64,000 nt of DNA, taken from assembly GCA_052327205.1 (NCBI GenBank), contig CM126205.1, positions 245,892,001-245,956,000 of the forward strand, read 5' to 3'. The stretch comes from Somniosus microcephalus. Its lineage: Eukaryota. The notes beneath the pieces were generated by a model. It did not search any database and was not told the DNA's origin. It worked only from the letters and a program-made list of their open reading frames with translations. The translations under genes and the position numbers were made by a program. Positions within the stretch are counted from its first letter, which is position 1; each line of letters opens with the position of its first letter. Shown in pieces: positions 50,282 to 60,600 of this stretch.

Positions 50282-50699
50282 CACTTCTAGGCCCCCTGTC
50301 AGGGAATGGCCTGTGGCAATGAACGCACCTGAATGCAGCCGCTCCGCAAGCCCTCAGCCGGTTAACGCAACAACCACTTGAAACATGACACCTAGACATG
50401 CTGAATAAATAAAAAGCTTTATTTTACAAACTCAGGGCCCTTCCCACATGAAACAGAAAAACAGACGAGACCCCCAAAAAACTGTCAAAAACATCTGTCA
50501 CTCCCACAACCTGGGGAGGAATAACAAAACTTGCCCATCCAATTGGCCTTCATCATCGGCCTTACAAAAATAAGCCCCCCCCTCCACAACACAAACACCC
50601 CCATAAAAACAAAAAATGCCTTCATCTTCGGCCTTACCAAAATAAGCCCCCCCCAGAACACAAACACCCCCATATAAAAAAACCCGCTATCACCACACT

Positions 50700-52778
50700 C
50701 TACTGGGTGTGCCGAGAGGGCGAGTCCTTATGCAGGCTTCTCCGGCCCCTGCCCGACCTGCTGCTCCGCCTCAACCTGGGCCCTGTGGGTGTGGCAAGGC
50801 TGGGGGAAGGCTCATGAGGGCCACAATGCGTGACGGCAGATGCCCTTGGGGGTCGGCCTAGACGAGGCCCGGCCCGGGAGGGGCCGGCTGCTGACTGCTG
50901 CAGCTGTGGCTGGCCAGCATCAGTCTCAGCAGCAGCTCGTCGCATCTTGGCTGGGGGAGTGGCAGTGTCGGCTGCACCAATGGGGGCAAGCTGGCTGATG
51001 CCAGGCGCGCGCTGTTCGCCAGAGACACTGGCACTCGGCCGGGCTGGCAGTGCAGCAAGCGCAGCAATCTGGTGGAGGCCAGACCGCTGTGCTGCAGCAG
51101 GGCGGCGGGTGCCCTGGCGATGCTTCCGTGCCACAGCGAGTGTGGCAGAAGTGAGTGCCCGAACTGCCCTGGTATGTGCCCGCATCAGATCTGCCAGTGT
51201 CTGGACGGCACCACTCATGGACTCGTGACTCGCGACCTGCGCTGCCGCGAGTTGCTGGACACCCCTGTCCTGCGCTGCTGCGAGTTGCTGGACACCCCTG
51301 TCCTGCGCTGCCGCGAGTTGCTGGACACCCCTGTCGTGTGCTGCCGCGAGTTGCTCGACCCCCCTGGCCTGTGATTCCCCGAAAGCGACCACACTATGAG
51401 CCAGGGACTCAATGGCCTGAGGCAACTGTCCCACAACCCCCATGAACTCCTTGTGGCGCCGCTCCGACGCCGCGGACATCTCATCAAGGAGGCGCACCTC
51501 CTGGGTGAGGACCGTCTCCGGACTGGAAGGCGGACTCTCCCTCTGGGGAGAAGGCCGCCGAGCTGCCCGACCCTTCCCGCGTGCCTCGACCCCACTGGAC
51601 CCAGGAACTGCCCTCCCCTGCAACACTTCCCCCCTCTGGGGAGAAGGCCGCCGTGCTGCCCGACCCTTCCCGCATGCCTCGACCCCACTGGGCCCAGGAG
51701 CTACACCCCCCTGCAACACTTCCCCCTGCCTCTCCTCCAGGCCAGACGTCTCCCCTCCATTGCCATCCCCTGGCGCGGATGAGGGTTCCCCCGATGTGCC
51801 GCCTTCCTCCTGGTCCTCGTCGTCCTCCTCCTCCAAGGGCCTGGCACTCTGAGCTTCAGGGACCACCTCCTCCTCACCAGCTGAAAGCAGGAAGGCACAA
51901 GAGTAGCTTTAGAGTGAGGACAGGGCGTCAGCGAGGGAGGCATGAGTGGTGGCATTATGCGCATTGGTCGGACAGTGGGAAAGGATGTAGATCTGAAGTG
52001 CAAGGGCAACGAGAGAGGTCCAACCGGTCATGTCCTTACCAGTGGGTCCCAGTACAGGGTCCGCATCTCCAATGGCAACAGGGCCAGTCACCCGGCCTCG
52101 CATGAGTCGAGCCACGCTCTCCTCCAGCTCACTGAGCGCCTGGTACTGGGGACGGCCTCCCCCGGTGGCAGACTGGCTCCTCAAATTCCACGCCAGCTTG
52201 GCCTGCAAGAGAAAGGACAGCCTCTAAGTACAGTGTGGTGCCCTATTGCTGTGTGCACTGCCTCCCATGGTCGAATAGCTTGGCCAGTGTGGTGCCCTGT
52301 TGCTGTGTGCACTGCCTCCCATGGTCGAATAGCTTGGCCAGTGTGGTGCCCTGTTGCTGTGTGCACTGCCTCCCATGGTCGAATAGCTTGGCCAGTGTGT
52401 TAAGTGCAGAAAGTGCTATTGATGATCATGCCAGTGCCATAGCTGCGGGAGGAGGGCTGCCCATTAGGCCTTTGAGGTCCCTTTGCCCATAATGTGAGGT
52501 GCACATGCAAGGATGAGGAGGACACTGGAAAGGGTACTCACCTTCACCATCCGAGTGAGGTCGTTGTACTTCTTGCGGCATTGGTCCGCACTCCTGGGGA
52601 CATCGCTGGTGGATGACACCCTGTGGGCGATTTTCTTCCAGGCTCTCCTGTACTGCCTCCTGGGAGCCTTCTTGCCACTGTCCGGGCACAAGATCTCTCT
52701 TTTCTTTTCCACACCATTAACCAGCACCCTCAAAGCATGCTCTGAGAAGCGCTGCGCTCGTTCACGGGCCTTCTCCAT
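50700..52778 (-). CDS. Harbinger Myb/SANT-like DNA-binding protein, 3 exons (52778-52542, 52202-52040, 51880-50700; 526 aa)
   Basis: GT-AG introns in phases 0 and 1 give an open 1581-nt CDS. It includes RFSEHALRVLV...AWKKIA...QCRKKYNDL (Myb/SANT) and a TGGG motif. Confidence 0.85.
52231..52399. repeat. 54-bp tandem repeat (3 copies) in intron 1 of the Myb gene
   Basis: CAGTGTGGTGCCCT... starts at 52231, 52285 and 52339. Confidence 0.9.
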
Positions 52779-53820
52779 GGCTTCAGGCGCTATTTGGGTC
52801 CACCAGCAGTGTTGAGGCCTAGCTGCAGGGCTCCACTATGCAGGGCGTGGCAGCAGTCAAAGTCGACCCTTCCCCCTTTAAGAGCTGGCCGGCGTCAGGG
52901 TGTCTGCTGTCAATCAAAACATGACCGCACCTGCGCTGCGCCCGGCCTCGGCGTTATCAGTCCGCATCGCCGGCTTAGCGCCTGAAGATAGCAGTGCAAC
53001 GCCAGTTTCAGCGCTCGCCCAAACTCTTGGCCAAATCTACTGAATTTCGGCGAAGTGGCCTACACTTTCCGGCGGGCGCTAACTTTAGCGACCGCCCGAC
53101 TTTACCGCCCCAAAAGTGGCCAGACTGAATTTCTAGGCCTTGGTGTCCATACTTAAGAAAGGACATACTTGCTCTCGAGTCAGTACAAAGAAGGTTCACT
53201 CGGTTAATCCCGGGGATGAGGGGATGGACATATGAGGAGAGGTTGAGTAGATTGGGACTCTACTCATTGGATTTCAGAAGAATGAGAGGCGATCTTATTG
53301 AAACATATAAGATTGTGAAGGGGTTGGAACGGGTGGATGTGGGGAAGATGTTCCCGATGATGGGTGAAACTAGAACTAGGGGGCATAGTTTTAGAATAAG
53401 GGGCTGCTCTTTCAAAACTCAGATGAGGAGGAACTACTTCACTCAGAGGGTGGTAGGTCCATGGAATATGCTGCCCCAAAAAGCTGTAGAAGCTACATCA
53501 TTACATAAATTTAAAACAGAAATAGACAGTTTCCTAGAAGTAAAGGGAATTAAGGGTTACGGGGAGCGGGCAGGAATTTGGACATGAGTCTAGGTTCGGA
53601 TCGGTCATGGCCCTGTGGGTAGCGGAGCGGGCCCAGGGGCCGTGTAGCCTGATCCTGCTCCTATTTCGTGTGTCTAATTCTGTTAGATTCAGGAGATGGT
53701 TCTGTGATAGTGGATTGGCAGTTAGGATCAGATCAGCCATGATCTTATTGAATGGCGGAGCAGGCTCGAGGGGCCGATTGGCCTACTCCTGCTCCTATTT
53801 CTTATGTACTTATGTACTTA

Positions 53821-55110
53821 TTGCCTGGCACTTGTGTGGCGCGATTGTTACCTGCCACTTACCAGCCCAAGCTTGAATGTCCAGGTCTTGTTGCTTGCGG
53901 GCATGGAATGCTTCACTATCTGAGGAGTTGCGAATGGAACTGAACACTGTGCAATCATCAGCGAACATGCCCACTTCTGACCTTATGATGGAGGAAGGTC
54001 ATTGATGAAGCAGCTGAAGATGGTTGGGCCTAGGACACTACCCAGAGGAACTCCTGCAGCGATGTCCTGGGGCTGAGATGATTGACCTCCAACAATCACA
54101 ACCATCTTTCTTTGTGCTAGGTATGACTCTAGCCTGTGGAGAATTTTCCCCCTGATTCCCATGGACTTCAGTTTTACTAGGGCTCCTTGATGCCTCACTC
54201 AGTCAAATGCTGCCTTGATGTCAAGGGCAGTCACACTCACCTCACCTCTGGAATTCAGCTCTTTTGTCCATGTTTGAACCAAGGCTCTAATGAGGTCTGG
54301 AGCCGAGTGGTCCTGGCAGACCTCAAACTGAGCATTGGTGAGCAGGTTATTGGTGAGTAGATGCCGCATGATAGCACTGTCGACGATGCCTCCCATCACT
54401 TTGCTGATAATTGAGAGTAGACTGATGGGGCGGTAATTGGCCGCTTTGGATTTATCCTGCTCTTTGTGGACAGGACATATCTGGGCAATTTTTCACTTTG
54501 TCAGGTAGATGCCAGTTTTGTAGCTGTACTGGAACAGCTTGGCTAGAGGTGCGGCTACAGCCACTACAGTTGTCAGGGCCCACAGCCTTTGCTGTATCCA
54601 GTGCGCTCAGCCATTCCTTGATATCACATGGTGTGAATCAAATTGGCTGAAGACTGGCTTCTGTGATGGTGGGGACCTCAGGAGGAGGCGGAGCTGGATC
54701 ATCCACTAGGCACTTCTGGATGAAGATGGTTGCAAATGCTTCAGCCTTGTCTTTTGCACTCATGTGCTGGGCTCCGCCATCATTGAGGATGAGGATGTTC
54801 ATGGAGTCTCCTTCTCCCGTTAGTTGTTTAATGGTCCACCACCATTCATGACTGGATGTGGCAGGACTGCAAAGCTTTGATATGATTAGTTGGTTGTGGG
54901 ATTGCTTATCTCTGAAATAGCATGATATTTCTGCTGTTTCGCATGCATGTAGTCCTGTGTTGTAGGTTCACCAGGTTGGCACCTCATTTTTAGGTACACC
55001 TGTTGCTGCTCCTGGCATGCTCTTCTACACTCCTTATTGAACCAGGGTTGGTCCCCTTACTTGATGGTAATGGTAGAGTGAGGGATATGCCAGGCCATGA
55101 GGTTACAGAT
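53821..55110 (-). mobile_element. Body of the CR1/L2-group LINE interrupted by the large CR1
   Basis: ALDIKAAFD and AGVPLGSVLGPTIFSCFINDL; same family as 1376-4150. Confidence 0.8.
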
Positions 55111-55149
55111 TCCATTTGTATATGCAAACAAAAAGTTCAAAAATAAATC

Positions 55150-55915
55150 ATAAAATCATAGAATGTTAATGAATAGAAGGAGGCCATTCAGCCCATCGTG
55201 CCCGTGCTAGCTCTTTGAAAGAGTTACCCTATTAGTCCCACTCCCCGACTCTTTCCCCATAGGCCTGCAATTTCCTCCCCTTCAAGTATTTATCCAATTC
55301 CTTTTTGAAAGATATGATTGAATCTGCTTCCACCACCCTTTCAGGCAATGCATTCCAGATCATAACAACTCAATGCGTAAAAAAATTGTCCTCATGTCAC
55401 CTCTGGTTCATTTACCAATTAACTTAAAAAGATTTTTAGCTGATTACTGATCCTCCTGACACTTCCTCCTTAGTCATTCTATCAAATCCCTTCATGATTT
55501 TTAATGCTTCTATGAAATCTCCCCTTAATCTTCTCTGCTCTAAGGAGAACAATCCCAGCTTCTCCAGTCTCTCCACAAAACTGAAGTCTGGCTTTCCTGA
55601 TACTATTCTCGTAAGTATCCGCTGCACCCTCTCTAAGACCTTGACAACTTTCCCAAAGTGTGGTGCCCAGAATTGGACAAAATACTCCAGCTGAGGCCTA
55701 ACCAGTGATTTATAAAGGTTTAGCACAATTTTCTTGCTTTTGTACTTTATGCCTCTATTTATAAAGCCAAGGACCCCGTATGCTTTTTTAACAGCCTTCT
55801 CAACTTGTCCTGCCACCATCAAAGATTTCTGTATGTAAACCCCCAGCTCCCACTGCTCTTGCGCCCACTACCATTTAGTTTATATTGCCTCTCTTCATTC
55901 TTCCTTCCAAAATGT
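55150..55915 (-). mobile_element. 5'-truncated CR1 LINE
   Basis: LVRPQLEYFVQFWAP...RRLRGDFIE plus the CR1 3' UTR. Confidence 0.85.
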
Positions 55916-55924
55916 ATAAAAAGA

Positions 55925-56229
55925 AAGAAAAAAGACTTGCATTTATATCGCACCTTTCACAAAAACCAGACATCCTAAAAGTGCTTTACAGTACTTTTTG
56001 AAGTGTAGTTACTGTTGCAATGTAGGAAACACAGCAGCCAATTTTACACACAGCAAGCTCCCACAGCAATGTGATAATGACCAGATGATGTTGGTTGAGG
56101 GATAAATATTGGCCAGGACATCAGGGATAACTCCTCTGCTCTTCTTCGAAATAGTGCTATGGGATCTTTTACATCCACCTGAGAGAGTAGATGCGGCCCT
56201 TGGCTTAATGTCTCATGCAAGAAAGACAG
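55925..56229 (-). mobile_element. Deu-domain SINE (SacSINE1/AmnSINE-like), cut by Harbinger H4
   Basis: GGGATCTTTTACATCCACCTGAGAG...TTAATGTCTCAT matches my recollection of the reverse complement of the DeuSINE core. It has an L2-like tail (TATAAATGCAAGTCTTT on -). Confidence 0.6.
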
Positions 56230-57662
56230 TGGGCAGGATTTTCATTGGGCCGTGGAGGCGGGATTGGAGGTGTGCGGGTGGTTCAAATGGCAAAAACTGG
56301 CGGGCGGGCCCGACCCCGCCTCCATCCCGCCTCCACGCAATTTTCAAAAATTCATGTCTGATGGTCCCGTCTCTGCAGTTAAGGCCCTTAACAAGCACTA
56401 AATTGCCATTTTGAATGGCCATTGCGATTTTAACCCTTTTCCCACGTGAAACACGCCTGTTGTGAAACACGCCGGTGAAACCTGGCGGGAGCACAATTGG
56501 ATTGCTGACTATCAGCTGCAGGTCAACCATTAAAGAGGAGATTTGATCAGCCATCATTTGCAGGTGGCAGGACTTTGTAGTCTCAGGTCTGGGGGAACTT
56601 TTAGAAGGCATAACCACAGCTGTGGAAGTTTGGAGCCTGACACCCATCTCCAGTGTGACCTCCTGGGAAACCCCTCTCGCCACACTGAGCGCTTCCTCAA
56701 CTGAGGCATCTACCAGAAGCATGGGAGCCATTTATTTCCTTCCCTTCTGGATATTAGATGAGGCCGAACAACAGCAGCAGCAACAACAGAAGCGCCAAGC
56801 TGCTGCTCACCCACCTGAAGATGCACAGGCTAGAAGGGGCCAGTGCATGGAAGCCCGTCGGCACAGGAGATACACCCCAAACAGGGTCTACAGACACAGG
56901 GTCAGCTATCTCAACATGTCTGAGCAACAGTGCCAAAGGCGGCTCTGACTTTCGCGAGAGGTAGTGGGAGACATCTGCGCAGTGCTGCAACAAGACCTGC
57001 AGGCCAGAGGACCAGGTGGACAAGCCTTACCAGTGGCCGTCAAAGTCACCACCGCACTCAACTTTTTTGCCTCAGGCTCATTCCAGGGATCAGCAGCAGA
57101 CATCAGTGGCATCTCCCAGGCGGCCGCACACACTTGCATCATGCAGGTAACGGATGCCCTCTTTGCCCTCGCGCACAATCACATCCATTTCACCAAGGAT
57201 CGAGCAAGTGTCACGGCGCGTGCGGTTGGATTAGCTCATCTGGCAGGCTTTCCAAGGGTGCAGGGCATCGTTGACGGCACACATGTGGCCATTAAGGCAC
57301 CCCATCGCAATCCAGGTATTTTTGTCAATCGCAAGGGCTTCCACTCCCTTAACGTTCAGCTGGTGTGTGACCACAAGAAGGAAATTTTGCATGTTTGTGC
57401 CAAGTACCCCGGCAGTTGCCATGACTACTTCATACTGCGCCAGTCTAGTGTGCCTCCGCTATTCAGTCCGCCAGACCAACTTAACGGATGGCTACTTGGA
57501 GACAAGGGCTATCCCCTGAGGATATGGCTAATGACGCCGTTGAGGAGACCATCCAACGAAGCTGAGGAGAGCTGAAGATGTGCTTCAGATGCCTGGATAG
57601 ATCAGGTGGAGCCCTGCAGTACTCAGCAGCCAGGGTCTCCAGAATCGTCGTGGTTTGCTGTG

Positions 57663-60600
57663 TGTGATAAAAATAATAACTTCCGGGAAGTTATGTCATC
57701 ACTTCCTGTGAACTGTGAACTATGAACTATGAACTGTGTACATACCTCACTTCCTGTCATGTGTCACTTCCTGTTGGACTGGTATAAATACTGGTCTGTT
57801 CAGTATTGTAAGAGGCTTCTACCAGAGGCATGGTAAAGACCTCTCTTGTATATAGTGTGTTTATAAGTTACTTAAAGCTTACTTTAAAGTTACTTGATGG
57901 TAAGCCTCCTTTTTCTTACATCAATTTAAGTAACTTAGTATTTACACTCACGAATACTAGACCTTCGGACAAACTCGGAATTAAGGATCCAGGGAACCAC
58001 CCATCATGGAGAAAATCCTTAGACCTATTCGTCTGGACTTGGACCCGAATGCACCAGCAGCTGGCAGGGTATGGAAGCATTGGTACCGTACTTTTGAGAA
58101 TTTTCTGGATGAATGTGAAGCGGATGCTCCTGCTAGATTGAAGATACTTATCAATTATGTGACCCCAAAAGTGTTCGAATATGTTGATGAATGGGATAAT
58201 TACGATGAGGTGATTCGGGCACTTAAGAAACTGTATGCCAAGACCCCAAATGAGGTCTATGCTAGACATCTACTGGCCACAGCCCGACAAGGGCCAGGGG
58301 AATCAATTGACGAATTCCTGCAAGAACTTCGCAGGCTCAGCGTAGATTGTAACTTTCAGGCAGCCTCAGCTGAGCTGTACCGCCAAGAAATGATTCGTGA
58401 TGCTTTCATCTGCGGGATTGCCTCTCCATTTATACGCCAGCGTCTACTAGAAAGTAAAACACTTGAGCTACAAAAAGCTTTTGACCTAGCTTGTTCACTG
58501 GATTTGGCAAAGAGAAATGCAGACCTCTATCAGCTGCCCAGATCTCGATCTGCTGCTGTAGCTGCAACCAGACAATTCAAGCGGTCTCAGGTGAACCCTA
58601 TCATGGGGGAATCTAATTCTGATAATTCTGATGAAGAAGAGGAGGACGACCCCACTTTAGCAGCCTCTTGGCAATCAAGGAAGGAATGCTTCTTTTGTGG
58701 AGATGCTTTTCACCCTAGGAAAACCTGCACTGCTCGCAATGCAATCTGCAGTTATTGCGGGAAAAAAGGACACTTTGCTAAAGTTTGCCTATCAAGGGCC
58801 TCTACGAGGGCCAATCCAGCTAAGGCCTACCGAACTGCCCCAATTAGGGCCTATCAAGATGCTCCAGCTAGGACCTATCAAGCTTCCTCTCGAGCTCTCT
58901 CCCGAAGAAGCACACCGAGAGTTTTAGCCACTCTCTGTGCAACGACACCAATTACAGCTGCTTGCCCACAGAACCTGTCTCATGCTGCCACAAAAATTTC
59001 AATTAAAGGGCATACCTTAGATGCCTTAATTGACTCAGGAAGTACTGATAGTTTCATTAAGGAACAGATTGTTGCGAAATTGAAACTACATGTCTTCCCA
59101 TCGGACCAGGCAATTGCGATGGCCCAGTCATCACTTAATACCAGAATCTCCGGCTTTTGTGTTGTTGATATGACACTTCATGGTCGTATGTATCCCTCCA
59201 CCCGACTTTCGGTGCTCAAAGACTTATGTAGTGATCTCCTCTTAGGGCTGGACTTCCAAAAACAGCATAAGAAACTCACCATTGAGTTTGGTGGATCCAA
59301 ACCCGGACTTACTATTTCTAATATACCATCTAAATTACCATTTTGTGCATTATCAGCAGCTTCACTTGATGAACCCTCATTATTTGCCAGTATTCCGCCT
59401 CAATGCCAACCGATAATAACGAAATCGCGGCGCTTTAATCAGGAAGACCAATCTTTTATTGCGGCTGAAATCTCTCGACTTCTAGCAGAGGATATCATTG
59501 AACCATGTTCGTCGCCCTGGCGGGCTCAAGTCGTCATTGTCAAGAACCCTCTAAAACCTCACAAACAGCGACTATGCATCGATTATTCGCAAACCATCAA
59601 TCAATATACCGACTTGGACGCCTACCCATTGCCACGCATTGATGATATGGTTAATAAACTGGCCGAATACAAAGTGTTCTCAACTTACGATTTAAAAAGT
59701 GCCTATCATCAGTTACCCTTGAAGGTCTCAGATAAGCAGTACACAGCCTTTGAGGCTAATGGACGGCTGTACCAATTTCGTCGCCTCCCATTCGGGGTTA
59801 CTAATGGAGTGGCTGTCTTTCAACGGGCAATGGATGGCCTGGTTAAGCAGGAAAACCTAAGGGACACTTTTCCCTATCTTGATAACATTACCATTGCAGG
59901 TCACGATCAACAGGAACACGACTCCAACCTCCAAAAATTTCGGGATGCCCTCCATCGCTGTAATTTGACCCTGAATGAATCCAAATCTGTTGAGTCGCAA
60001 CCGACCATCAACATCCTTGGCTACTGCGTAGGCAATGGTATCATTAAGCCAGACCCAGAAAGACTTCGCCCGCTCCAAGAGCTCCCGTCACCTAAGAATC
60101 CGACTTCTTTACGTCAGGCTCTCGGTCTGTTTGCATACTACGCTAAATGGATTCCTCATTTTTCAGACAAAATCCAACCCTTGCTGCATGCTAGATCATT
60201 TCCACTGGGAACAGCGGCTGTTGCAGCCTTTAACCTTCTCAAAAAAACAGTTGGAGAAAGCGGCTCTTCACTCCATTGATGAGAATCTCCCTTTCGTGGT
60301 TGAATGTGATGCCTCGGAGGTGGCGATCTCGGCTACTCTGAATCAGGAAGGTCGTCCTGTAGCATTTATGTCCAGGACCTTACAAGGTGCCGAGCTACAT
60401 TATCCTCCGGTTGAGAAAGAAGCCACAGCCATCATAGAGGCAGTACGGAAGTGGAACCATTTTCTAGCTCGCCAGCACTTTACATTGATCACGGACCAAC
60501 GATCAGTCGCCTTCATGCTCGATAATCGAAAACGAACCAAAATTAAGAATAATAAAATACAACTTTGGAGGATGGAACTGGCCTCTTTTGGTTATACCAT

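Larger units (their letters stand above)
48639..53139 (+). mobile_element. Apparently intact autonomous PIF/Harbinger transposon H3 (4501 bp)
   Basis: Perfect 16-bp TIR GGCCTAGAAATTCAGT and 3-bp TSD TTG (48636-48638 / 53140-53142). Convergent transposase and Myb/SANT genes. Confidence 0.95.
34849..53820 (+). mobile_element. Near full-length CR1 LINE (~4.8 kb when nested elements are removed)
   Basis: Comprises a monomeric 5' UTR, ORF1, and ORF2 in segments 36460-38770, 48436-48638 and 53140-53587 that rejoin (KLE|STEVQRDL; QF|WCPY). It ends in a (TATGTACT)n tail. Confidence 0.92.

Noticed and set aside
50830-52105. Plus-strand ORFs overlapping the Myb gene as a third Harbinger gene
   Set aside because: GC-rich antisense frames of a repetitive exon, with no independent support.
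49139-52778. Domesticated host genes HARBI1/NAIF1
   Set aside because: Both ORFs lie between perfect TIRs with a TSD inside a CR1, so they are transposon genes.
60235-60255. Programmed frameshift at the A-run in Gypsy D
   Set aside because: The required shift is +1, not -1, and it falls between RT and RNase H. A homopolymer indel is the simpler explanation.
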